Source: Octopus sinensis
Taxonomy: Eukaryota
NCBI RefSeq assembly: GCF_006345805.1
Contig: NC_043002.1
Location: 70,122,001 to 70,186,000, forward strand
Reading direction: 5' to 3'
Length of the DNA: 64,000 bases
Every line of letters starts with the position of its first letter. The stretch's first letter is position 1. The notes under the pieces are model-generated. The model was not told where the DNA came from. It searched no databases and saw nothing but the letters and a program-made list of their open reading frames with translations. This document shows positions 52,359-64,000 of this stretch, piece by piece. The position numbers and the translations under genes were made by a program.

Positions 52359-53056
52359 GTGTGTATGTGTGTGTGTGTGTGCTTGCATACGTGTGTACGT
52401 GCATGTGCGTATATCTGTGAGCGCATATATACAGAAAGTGAGAGTGAGAGAGAGAGAGGTGGTGTTGGAGAGAGAGATAGAGTTAGATAATTAGACATAC
52501 ACACATATGCACTGTATGCATATACCGGCACAGGCATACACGTACACATTACACATACACTTACAAATTCATATGCAAGCACATATACACATCTAAACAC
52601 ACGTACACATACACACTGGAAAACATGCATATATACAGACTTACACAAAACCTTTTGCGTGCACAAATTAACCCAGGATGATGCACATATATACACACGC
52701 ATAGACAATACACGCCCACGCATACACACACATGCAAACACACACAGACACACACTCTCTCTCTTTCGCGCGCGCGCACGCTCGTGGAAGCATGTCTCCG
52801 AATTTCTCCAAGGAATATAGAGATTGATGTTAAGGCAGTAATTGCTAAAACATATGGAAATTAGCTGTTTCTCAGACGGCCTCGTGTTTTCCATTTTAGC
52901 AGGACATCAATCATACGGAGGAGAAAAGTATTGTCCCCGGAGATGTTTAGTGAGGTGTTTACTGGTTTGGAGCACCAGAATGACTGGGTGATATTAGTAC
53001 AGTTAATGCATTTTCATAATTAATACTGATTGGGTGAAGTGGAAGAAAGGTAAGAG

Positions 53057-53059
<3 letters not shown>

Positions 53060-53112
<53 letters not shown>

Positions 53113-53358
53113 TGTGTGTGAGAGAGAGAGAGATAGACAGGCAGACAGGCAGAGTGGGATGGAGAAGGGGAAAGGAGGCTGATCTAGATAGACAGATAGG
53201 TAGAGGCGGAGAAAGGGAGTAAACGGAGGGAGATATAACAAAAGAAAGAGTGATAAATAAGAGATAGAGAAATCGAAAAGAGAGCGAGGAGAGAAGAAGT
53301 GAAACAGAGAGAGACAGAGAAAGAAAGAGAGAGAAAAAGAGGGAAAGCGTGAGAGAGC

Positions 53359-53396
<38 letters not shown>

Positions 53397-53410
53397 AAGA
53401 GCGAGAGAGA
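53060..53410. repeat. (AG)n-rich polypurine tract
   Basis: Direct reading. Confidence 0.9.
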
Positions 53411-53852
53411 GTACAAAGTAAATATATGAGTGATAATGTGCTGCTTGGTATGTGGTGGCGTGTAACTATGGCATTGGTCCTAGAAGGAGATGGGAAGAAG
53501 ACACTGGCCTGATTTGAACAGCCTATTTGCTCGTTTAGAATTTTGTATTGCAACTACATTTCTTTGGGTTCCATTGCATTGTGTAACACATTGGGCAAAG
53601 ATCTTTTACTACAACAATCAGTTGTTCAATACGATGTGACTGAAACTTGCCAAACAGAAACTGAACGGAAGGCCTCAGCCTGCCTGTCTACCTGGAACTC
53701 AACTGAGGATAGAAAGTTCCGAATGACCCATCCATGTTTTTTCCTGTCCTTTTTTTTTTTGTGTATCGTCTAACTATGCGGATGTTTTGTTGTCGCCTGT
53801 TACGTTCTTGTTCCATTATTTGTTTTCTTTAGTAGAATTTTAGTAGTAATTA

Positions 53853-53929
53853 GCTGGCAGATATTGGCTGATGAGAAATCAGGCACCTATTTGGTGCTAA
53901 ATTTCGAAACCGGTACCAAGTTGACCAGC
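53853..53929 (+). ncRNA. Type I hammerhead ribozyme (canonical core, minimal palindromic stem III)
   Basis: ttgg-CTGATGA-gaaat..gcacc tattt ggtgc..atttc-GAAAC-CG-GTA|ccaa; outer stem I gctgg/ccagc. Predicted cleavage after 53915. Confidence 0.8.
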
Positions 53930-54564
53930 ATTTACTTGTTCTGACCCAGTAGGGGTAAGACGTTATTATTCTTCACTGATATTTTTTCCTATCATGTCTG
54001 TAATAGATTTGTGACTATTCGGTGGTACAGAAGTATTTTTGACTTCTATTTTTAGCGATGTAGGTGCTCAAGTAGTACCCTTGTGTATACATGTACGTAT
54101 CTAATATTGTATGTAAATTTAAAATAATAAGGATGAAAATTTGAATATTAATTTGATTAATATCAATTTAAAACCAGTGGTCTAGCATATAGAAAAATCT
54201 GAAGATTCAGAAAAATTGTATTACATGCATATAATATTGTATGTATATATTTTATTAATTTGCCTGTACGGCTGATAAATTCGCTTGCTACTCGTGATGG
54301 CATTTTAATAATACCATCCCTATATATATGTATATATATATATATATAATAATAAATCTCTGAGCGAGATGTAAACAGTAACTGCTCTATAACATAAGGG
54401 GGATCAGCCATCTGAATGTGGCTAGGGACAGGGCGGGGTAGTGGGGGTGTTACTGATGCATTCAGCCCCAGGCGATCATCAACGTCACCAGAAGGGCTGA
54501 CACCATCTCGGTGTCCTTGCCAGTCTGCAAAGGGAGATCCGCCTCCCCGAAGATACGGATACTA

Positions 54565-54607
54565 CATACGGACCGGTTTCGAGGTATTTGCCTCTTATCA
54601 ACGCATG
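54565..54607 (-). ncRNA. Minimal type I hammerhead ribozyme, U3-A8 core variant (mirror copy)
   Basis: Exact reverse complement of 54704-54746. Confidence 0.7.
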
Positions 54608-54703
54608 GTAAGCACCGTTCTTCGTTGAGGGACTGTGGTTACTGTGAAAATCCATATATATCCAGCCTGTAGAGGAAGTCCCTCAACGAAGAACGGTGCT
54701 TAC

Positions 54704-54746
54704 CATGCGTTGATAAGAGGCAAATACCTCGAAACCGGTCCGTATG
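54704..54746 (+). ncRNA. Minimal type I hammerhead ribozyme, U3-A8 core variant
   Basis: catgcg-TTGATAA-gagg caaata cctc-GAAAC-CG-GTC|cgtatg. Predicted cleavage after 54740. Confidence 0.7.
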
Positions 54747-54917
54747 TAGTATCCGTATCTTCGGGGAGGCTGATCTCCTTTGCAGGCTGGCAAGGACACC
54801 GAGATGGTGTCAGCCCTTCTGGTGACATTGATGATCGCCTGGGGCTAAATGCATCAGTAACACCCACACTACCCCGCCCTGTCCCTAGCCACATTCAGAT
54901 GGCTGATCACCCTTATG

Positions 54918-54976
<59 letters not shown>

Positions 54977-55173
54977 AATATATATATTTGCAGCAATGGC
55001 TCTGACGAAGTAGCATTAGTTATCTTAAGTCGTTCAATTTACTGCAATTGAACAATAGAATAATTGAGTAAACCTATCAGGAATGTATCTATAATGACTA
55101 CTGGAGACAGCTGTAAGCCAAATTTGCTCTAATAAAGGAATTATATGTTACGACCATTATTTTTATCTTGTTT

Positions 55174-55252
<79 letters not shown>

Positions 55253-55398
55253 GTGTGTGTGTGTGTGTGTATAACTCTGAAGAAGTTATAAAGAATTGCA
55301 CAAACACTGAGATGTGAGTCGAATGTTTTTTTTATAGCAGATACAACTGTAAGCTAAAGAGTGTGATTACGTAACTCCTAGTTTTTTTGCCATACATA

Positions 55399-55550
55399 GG
55401 CGCGGGAGTGGTTGTGTGGTAAGTAGCTTGCTTACCGACCACATGGTTCCGGGTTCAATCCCACTGCATGGCACCTTGAGCAAGTGTTTTCTACTATAGC
55501 CTCGGGCCAACCAAAGCCTTGTGAATGCATTCGGTAGACGGAAACTGAAA
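55399..55550 (+). mobile_element. SINE family A, 5' half
   Basis: ggcgcgggagtggttgtgtggtaagtagcttgcttaccgacc. Confidence 0.9.
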
Positions 55551-56058
55551 AAAATAGTAAAAACACATTCAGAAAATGTGCTACGTTTGGCTGTGTTTCT
55601 ATGTATGTGCATGTGTGTGCGTATGTGTGTGTGTGTGTATGTATGTGTATGTGTTTGTGTGTTTGTAGATTTAGAATAAAAATTTGCTGGGCGGGATTCG
55701 TTCCGCTTGAGTTACGCATTGAATCCCTCGTCACTCTCGCTGCTAGAAATGCAGTGAACCAATGATTGTCCCCTTGGAAACCTGTTACCAACCAACGACG
55801 CTATTATTCACCAAAAGGCTATATAAAATAAAATGATATAAAAATAACCCATAAAGTCGTGGACGGGAGAGAGTGGGGATTAAACTGTATACAGTGAAGC
55901 GTTTAGATCGGTTTTTCGGCGATGCTATCACTTGCTGCATTTAAAAGAGAATCTATAAAAGAAGCACACTGCAGTTTTATTGCCTCCACCAACGGGCACA
56001 AGAAAAGGACAGCAAGGCAATAACGGCATCAGCAACACCAAACTGAATAAAGAGAAAA

Positions 56059-56095
<37 letters not shown>

Positions 56096-56394
56096 GCGCA
56101 CACACACACACACGCGCACACACACACACTCACACACACACACAGAGGAACATAAGGAAAACAATAATATCAACAAGGCAGCAGCAACAGGAATATAACA
56201 ACAATAAGAACAGCATCAATTGTGATAACAATAAGAGAATGAAGTTGAAGAAGGGTAATAAAAAAAATAAAGATCCATAGAAAACGCAGTCATTAAAATA
56301 CCACTAGTATCAATACGAATATGGAGACCACATGCAAGAATAACTGTAGAAGCAGCATCACCATCATCACTCACGAATCCCACACGACTATGAC

Positions 56395-56580
56395 GACGAC
56401 GACGACGATGACACATCATCATCACCACCACCACCACCACCACCATCACTATCTGCGCAGACACCACCGCAACCACCACCACCACTATATGCGCAGACAC
56501 CACCGCAACCACCACCACCACCACCACCACTATCTGCGCAGACACCACCGCAACCAACAACACCACCACCATCCCTATTA
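56395..56580. repeat. (CAC)n-based minisatellite with three ctat(c/a)tgcgcagacaccaccgcaacc units
   Basis: Direct reading. Confidence 0.85.
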
Positions 56581-57003
56581 ATGAAGTAGCCCTGGTACCA
56601 CCTCCACTACTAGCACCACCGCCGCCGCCGTCTTTGCTGCCACTGTACCACCACCACCACCGTAAACGAGGCTACTTTCACCACCACCAATATAACAGGT
56701 ACAATAGAATGAAGAGCAATAATAATGTCCATAAAACGTTACACCAACAGCATCATCTCTCCCCATCAACATCCCAACACCGCTAAACATCAATATCACA
56801 TTCGCTACCATCACCCCAAACACTAATACCCTCACCGCCACCACCACCACCACCTCCACCACCACCACCGACACTCCCAACAACAAAAACATCATTTCCA
56901 CTAAGAATACACTGCAGTCAACAATACCAACAATAATAAATACCATGACCTGTTGAAATAGCAACCAATTGTTGTTCCACAAACCACATCCTTCCCTCTA
57001 AAA

Positions 57004-57200
57004 CAGGGGTTCTCAACCATTTTTTATTTATCTAGGGACCCTTTTGATTACTATTTTATTCTGCTGGAGCCCCATAGTCATTCGATGCTTCAAAAATAGT
57101 TTTATAGAAATTTCTTTCGAAATTCCTATTAACTTATATAGACTGAATTGTGTAAAATGTTGGAGAAAGAATCCCAGTTGCTTCTTGCAATATATACTAT
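57004..57200 (+). mobile_element. hAT-like MITE left part
   Basis: Starts caggggttctcaacc, a hAT/Charlie-type TIR. Confidence 0.65.
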
Positions 57201-58650
57201 ATTCTTTGTGTCCTTTTATTTGTTTCAGCCATTTGACTGCGGCCATGCAGGAGCACCGCCTGTTAGTCGATGTAAATGACTTATCTTCTCATCGAAACTG
57301 CTGGCATTGTGCCAAAATTTACAGCAGAAACAGTTATAGTTAATAAAAATAACTGTTAATGGTATTTTGATTGAGAATGGTATTTTTGGATGGTTGATTT
57401 AAGGAATAACTCATGTTATATTAGTGGACCTCAGTGACATGAACACAAGAAAATAAATATGTTTTTGTCAATAAACGTTTCGTGCTGAAGACGGCTACTG
57501 AGCCAGGAACGCGTATCCTCAACTGTCTTCTTATCTTCAAACAATAAACCTGTCTCTTTCCTTAATGGCATGGCAACTTCGGAGGATCCTTGAATCGTGA
57601 TGTTATCTCCCCTTTTCAAGTGGAGCTGGTTAATTGCTGGTCTGGAATTCGAAACCACGATTCTTCGATCGTGTCGTGAGTGCAACAGCCAAAGCCGCCA
57701 CGTCACGCTCCTTCATATACATACACACATACACACATACATACATACATACATGCATACATACATACATATATGTGTGTGTGTGTATGTGTGTATGTGT
57801 GTGTGTATATATATGTATTATATTTATATATAGAGAGAGATATGTAAAAGTAAGATCCAAGTATTAAGGTGTAAGAAGATAGTAGAATAAAAAATCTATC
57901 TACTGACATGGAAAAAGTGTAACTGTCAAAATGCAGAATTATCGGAGTAATGGGCATTCAAAAAAGTATGTATAGAAATGTATGAATAAAGTCTTGAAGG
58001 TTTAAGATTCAAATTAAGGAAGTGCAATAATAATGTTTAGAAGTTAAAAACTGTGAGTAGTGAAATGCAGAATTACGTCGGCTGATCGTGAGAATCAAAT
58101 ATGGATCGCTTCACTAAAATCTGAAGGTGGTATGGGTTATTTCCCTTGAGTTGCTTTAATAAAATATTAGTAATATATAGTAGAAATAAGGATCCATTGG
58201 AAGGGCCCTATTATCGATTTTATCAATAATCTAAGTATGTCACGAGATTTCCAGACATAAATTTTACTCACGTGTCAAATAAAGTATAAAAGTGATATTG
58301 TCTGCAAAAGTTAGGAATAGGACACAGAAAAAAATCAATATTCAAGGTAATTGAACATAAACAATTTCCCTTGAGTGTTTAAAAAAATATTGCATAGGTG
58401 CTATGGATTATTTCCTTTGGATATTTAAAAAAATTAATTATATGAGGTAGATATAAATGTTCCTTCCAGGGGCTGTATTATTTTCAACAATCTAAGCATG
58501 TCACAAGGTTACCAGCCATGAGTTCTACTCACGTGTTAAGTTTTATCAAAATCAATAAAACGATGTAATGCTACAAACAAACACACACCGATTTTCCACA
58601 TATGCAGTAGATATATACATGCATACATACATGCATACATACATGCATAA

Positions 58651-58695
<45 letters not shown>

Positions 58696-58754
58696 AGAAA
58701 GAAAGAGAGAGAAAGAGTGAGAATTCAATTAACATCACTTCCGATGAGATAAAG

Positions 58755-59331
58755 CACCAGTTCTCAAACATTTTTAATCTATGAACCCATTTGATTCCTA
58801 TTTTGCTCGAGTGTAACCTCATAGTTATTCCGTGTTTAAAAACATCCTATTATAGGCCCAGGAGTGGCTGTGTGGTAAGTAGCTTGCTTACCAACCACAT
58901 GGTTCTGGATTCAGTCCCACTGCATGGCACCATGGGCAAGTGTCTTCTACTATAGCTGCGGGCCGACCAAAGCCTTGTGAGTGGATTTGGTAGACGGAAA
59001 CTGAAAGAAGCCCGTCGTATATATGAATATATATGTGTATGTATATGTTTGTGTGTCTGTGTTTGTCCCCCAACATTGCTTGACAACCGATGTTGGTGTG
59101 TTTACGTCCCGTAACTTAGCGGTTCAGCAAAAGACATCCGATAGAATAAGAACTAGGCTTACAAAGAATAAGTCCTGGGATCGATTCGTTCGGCTAAAAA
59201 GCGGCGCTCCAGCATGGTCGCAGTCAAATGACTGAAACAGGTAAACGAGAAATAACAGAGAAATAATTGTTAACAGCAAAATCTTATGCGTATCCCCAAG
59301 GATCGTTAAGAACCCCGGTTGAAAGCCATTG
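58755..59331 (+). mobile_element. hAT-like MITE interrupted by a SINE family A
   Basis: Left caccagttctcaaac, right ggttgaaagccattg; body resembles 57004-57100. Confidence 0.65.
58855..59250 (+). mobile_element. SINE family A, full length
   Basis: Complete head, centre and tail. Confidence 0.92.
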
Positions 59332-59433
59332 AGATAAAGTAATAGGTACATACGTTTAGTGCTCAAGATTGACTAGAAGCCTAAAACTCCAACGTGAACT
59401 GTTACTGAAAGCAAGGATTTTATAGCTGCTTAA

Positions 59434-59468
<35 letters not shown>

Positions 59469-59709
59469 CATGTACGTATATGTATGTATGTATGAATGTA
59501 TGTTTGTTAAACCTTTAGATCAGTTCAAATATGCGCGTGAAAGGCCATTTTCACTGAAATGACTGCTGGCGTTTTAACGCCTGTTGCCTAAAGCGAGAAT
59601 TCTCTTCACACAAAACTGCAATGAAAATGTTATTTTTACAGGTCAAATACGTCGCAAACATATTTCAACTGATGTACAAGTTTGTTTAATTCGCAGTATT
59701 GTTCACACA

Positions 59710-59945
59710 GTTAGTGGTTAGGGCGTCATCATCATGATCGTAAGATTGTGGTTTCGATTCCTGGACCAGGCGACGCGTTGTGTTCTTGAGCAAAACACTT
59801 CATTTCACGTTGCTCCAGTCCACTCAGGTGGCAAAAATGAGTAACGCTACAATCGACTGGCGTCCCGCCCAGCTCGGGAACACATACGCCATTGAAACCG
59901 GGAAACCGGGCCCGTGAGCCTGGCTAGGCTCTAAAAGGGCGCATT
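59710..59945 (+). mobile_element. SINE family D
   Basis: agtggttagggcgtc..gtttcgattcctgg..ttcttgagcaaaacacttcatttcacgttgctccagtccactcag. Confidence 0.85.
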
Positions 59946-60304
59946 TATTTTATTATGTTATTGTTTACACGAGCTTATTACACAATATGTATGTGTGTGT
60001 GGATGTAGCTGTGTGTTGTGTGTGTGTACGCGCTTTACATAGTGGTTAGGGTGTTGCTCGCACAATGGCAAGATCGTGGTTTCGATTCCCGTACAGGGTG
60101 CTGCTTTGTGTTCTGAAGCAAATGTTCGACTCGCTGTGCAACCACCTCATCATGTGACGTCTGGCAGCACACTGGGCACTTATACAGGAAATGTCGATTA
60201 GACGGTAAGAGTGTGCTAACGTACAGTATGAACAAATCATGTGTGTGGGTCGTTCAGCAAGAAATTGCGGAACCTTCATATGTTGTCATAGGGAAGTCTA
60301 CTAC

Positions 60305-60343
<39 letters not shown>

Positions 60344-60454
60344 CACACACACACCACACACACACACATATATATACACATACATATATATATATATAAT
60401 ATATATATTATATATATATATATATATAGATATTCTCTATTCTACTACAGCTGC

Positions 60455-60712
60455 GAGTCGGCCAGAATCTAGTGAGTGCATTTGGCAGACGGAAACTGAA
60501 AGAAGCCCGTCATGTATATATATGTTTGTGTGTCTGTGTTTATTCCCCCACCATCGCTTGACAACCGATGCTGGTTCGACCAAAGAGATCCGATATAATA
60601 AGTACTAGGTTTACAAAGAATGTGTTCTGGGGGGCGATTCGTCCGATTAAAGGCTGTGCTCCAGCATGGCCGCAGTCAAATGACTGAAACAATTAAGAGA
60701 ATAAAAGAATAG
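60455..60712 (+). mobile_element. SINE family A, 5'-truncated
   Basis: gacggaaactgaaagaagcccgtc...gctccagcatggccgcagtcaaatgactg. Confidence 0.85.
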
Positions 60713-61169
60713 ATTTTTGATAAGATGAAAGAGAAAGAGAGAGAGGAAAGGATAGATAGATAGATAGACAGAAAGAGAGAGATAAAGAGAGAGAGAGAGA
60801 GGAAGAGAAAGAGAGAGAGAGAGAGAGGGAGAGAGAAGGAGGCAATCAAGCAGACATATTCTCAGAAGAATACAAACGTAGTTTTGTAACAATGGACGAA
60901 GATTTTATAGATCGAAATATAATAAAATTGTGGGAAGGAAACGATGCACGATGATAAACATAGAAAAAAGGGTTTCGTGTCATAGAGGTAAATACACTGA
61001 GTGAAGGGTTGCGATTTGTTGGGATTATCTACGTTATTAGCAAAAAAAAAAATCTCCCTCAACATGTGCTTAAAATCCAAATAAATACCAATGTCGGGAA
61101 CTGCAATAAAGTCATTTGATTAGATTATTTTATTATAGTAGAAAGAGAAATAAAGCGAGAGAGAGAGAA

Positions 61170-61211
<42 letters not shown>

Positions 61212-61440
61212 ATGGACGATTAAGAAACATACCTGTATGTATATACATATGTTTGTATAGAGATGCGTATAAATACATACATATATATATACACACGTAT
61301 ATATACACATATACACACACACACACACATATATATACATCTATATTTACATATATTTATACACAAGTATATATATATACATGTATACATATATATATTT
61401 ACATATATACTTATACACACAGGCGTGCTCATATATATGC

Positions 61441-61475
<35 letters not shown>

Positions 61476-61874
61476 ATATATTATATATATATATATATAT
61501 GTACACACATATATACATATATCTACACACACGCACAGATATAATACGGTGTGTGAATATATATTTGTGCGTTAGTGTTTCTGCGTGTGTGTGGATATAT
61601 ATATATATTCATACACACGCAGAAACACTAACGCACAAATACACACGCACACACGACACACACACATATATATATATACATAATACACATACACACACAA
61701 ACAATCTGCAGATTATGAGAACTAGATAGAAAGATAAAGAGATATAAAAGTGAAATAAAAAAGGCATAAAAGTAATTGATAAGAGATGAGGTGAAAGATA
61801 CGAGTAAAATAACGATATCTAAATTGGTACATTGATGAAGAGATAGGGACAAGCATAGGTGTGAAAGGAGAGAA

Positions 61875-61908
<34 letters not shown>

Positions 61909-61936
61909 TGAGAGAGAGAAAGAGAGAGAGGGAGAA

Positions 61937-61985
<49 letters not shown>

Positions 61986-62302
61986 CAGAGAAGGGAGACT
62001 GAGTATAAGGAGTAGGAGAACCAGTAATTGGACGAGCCTGAGTGTGCATGAATTCATTGTTGAAGCTGTGGCTGCTTTTACTGTTGCTGCAGATGATGAC
62101 GTTGATGTTGATGATGATGATGAATGATGATGATGATGATGATGATGAGTTGTCAGCAGAGGTGGGTGTTTAACATCAAATCAGTCTTGGGTCCTAAGTG
62201 GAAACGCGTTCAAGCCATTAACACCTCGCTTTTTCTTCTTTTTTTTTCTTTTTTTTTTTAGCGAGTGTCTGTGCATGACGCCTATCAGTTCTGTCTTGTA
62301 GA

Positions 62303-62880
62303 AGGCGGCGAGCTGGCAGAAGAGTTAGCACGCCGGGCAAAATGCTTTGCGGTATTTCGTCTGCCGTTACGTTGTGAGTTCAAATTCCGCCGAGGTCGAC
62401 TTTGCCTTTCATCCTTTCGGGGTCGATAAATTAAGCACCAGTTACGCACTGGGGTCGATGTAATCGACTTAATACCTATGTCTGTCCTTGTTTGTCCCCT
62501 CTATGTTTAGCCCCTCGTGGGTAATAAAGAAATAGGTATTTCGACCGCCGCCGCGTTCCGAGTTCAAATTCCACCGAGGTCGACTTTGCCTTTCATCCTT
62601 TCGGGGTCGATAAATTAAGCATCAGTAACGCACTGGAGTCGATGTAATCGACTTAATCCGTTCGTCTGTCCTTGTTTGTCCCCTCTGTGTTTAGCCTCTT
62701 GTGGGTAATAAAGAAATAGGTATTACGTCTGTCTTTATGATCGTAGTCCAAATTCCGCCGAGATCGACTTTGCCTTTCACCCTTTTGGTGGCCATAAATG
62801 AAGTACCAGTTACGCACTGGGGTCAATCTAATCGATGGCCTCCTCCCCCATAATTCGGGCTTTATGCCTAGAGTACAAAG
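62303..62880 (+). mobile_element. SINE family B with three tandem internal units
   Basis: One head, then units starting gtatt(t/a)cg near 62352, 62537 and 62720. Confidence 0.9.
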
Positions 62881-62904
62881 AATATACTGATTATCAAAGG
62901 ATGC

Positions 62905-63245
62905 GAGATATCAGAAACGTTAGCACACCGTGCGAAATGCTTAGCGGTATTTCGCATGCCCCTACGTTCTGAGTTCAAATTCCGCCGAGGTCGACTTTGC
63001 TTTTCATCCTTTCGGGGTCGATTAAATAAGTACAAGTTACGTACTGGGGTCGATATAATCGACTTAATCCGTTTGTGGGTAGTAAAGAAATTGGTATTTC
63101 GCCCATCGCTACGTTCCAAGTTTAAATCCGCCGAGGTCGACTTTTCCTTTCAACATTTCGTTAAATTAAGTACTTGTGAAATTCTGGGGTCGATGTAAAC
63201 GACTAGTCCCCTCCCACAAAACCACAGGCCTTGTGCCTATAATAG
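62905..63245 (+). mobile_element. SINE family B with two internal units
   Basis: cagaaacgttagcacaccg head; second gtatttcg unit near 63094. Confidence 0.85.
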
Positions 63246-64000
63246 AAAGGATTATACATACACACTGTTGCTCGAAGGTGAGTCAGAAAGTACTGCAATT
63301 TCTATCTCCATTACTTTCTTATTCTCATATCATACATCCATTATATTTACACACACGCATGCGCACACTCACTTGCACGCATTAGCCACACGCCTAGAGA
63401 GTAGAGAACTTCTTACAGTACATAATGCAGATATTGTAATTTTGTTTGTTATATGAAAATAGTTTTCCATGACATTGAAGGCGATGTACGATTCGTGCCA
63501 GGTTTCAACGATGCCGGATAATCGGCAGTTAACTGGAATTCGAAGTTTTATTGCGGGTTGTCTATTTTTACTGGGTATTATATTTAGCTAGTTTGTGGTT
63601 GCTAGGATATATAAATCTCGATTTCTGAGGATTTAGGAAGTATAATCTCACTTTTTCTATTAAGTAAGTTGTCTGCATGTAATATTTTGATGCACTTCTT
63701 ATCTACAAAACAATGCTTTGATCTTTTGCCACATAAATAGCCGTCATGGGCAAAGAAGAAGTTAACATTATATCAACAACTGAGAAATGTTTGATAATTT
63801 TCAACGGGAATCTCTGATTCCAGAAAACGAGATTGTATGACTTCACCATATTGATGGGATTCTCTTTCTTAGCCTAGGTAACAAATTTAGTTGGATAATA
63901 CATGTTACAGCAGATAAAAGATGAATTCAATGAAAACCAGTAGAGGTTTGTACATAGATGATGTGTTATGGGGCTTTAACCCGTTAGTGTTAGAAATGTT

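Larger units (their letters stand above)
54388..54922. mobile_element. 535-bp fold-back element: arms 54388-54634 and 54677-54922, 42-bp spacer, TA at both ends
   Basis: Arms are near-perfect reverse complements by eye and GC-richer than the flanks. Confidence 0.95.

Noticed and set aside
52790-53010. Possible hAT transposase relic (IDVKAVIAKTY)
   Set aside because: Similarity is too short and broken to support.
56321-56982. His-rich and Val-rich ORFs
   Set aside because: Explained by a (CAC)n-based minisatellite.
57480-57520. ctgaagacggctactgagccaggaacgcgta as a hammerhead
   Set aside because: Two core mismatches and no stem I pairing.
58130-58535. Degenerate duplication with a period of about 260 bp
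   Set aside because: Old local tandem duplication with no coding or structural signal.

Overview
Eukaryotic, gene-free (intergenic or intronic) AT-rich DNA packed with microsatellites and transposable elements. The SINE families and repeat density suggest a coleoid cephalopod (Octopus-like); this is an inference, not a database result. Main contents: a near-full-length R4/Dong-clade (RLE) non-LTR retrotransposon plus five fragments, all embedded in (TAA)n; a near-full-length Tx1/L1-clade element flanked by (ATCT)n; CR1/L2-type fragments; mariner and DD37D (maT) remnants; several MITEs; and about 30 copies of four tRNA-derived SINE families (called A-D here). No host exon could be supported. 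Two candidate new systems stand out. (1) A 2.05 kb ORF1-only (half-LINE) Tx1-type element sits inside the tRNA head of SINE family A with a 16-bp target-site duplication, and a second diverged copy 10 kb away has the same junction, suggesting a SINE-targeting non-autonomous retroelement. (2) A hammerhead-ribozyme cluster: one canonical type I hammerhead (53853-53929), a 535-bp fold-back element with a U3-A8 compensated minimal hammerhead in each arm, and a three-copy repeat family with a variant hammerhead core. All structures were read by eye and coordinates of decayed repeats are approximate.
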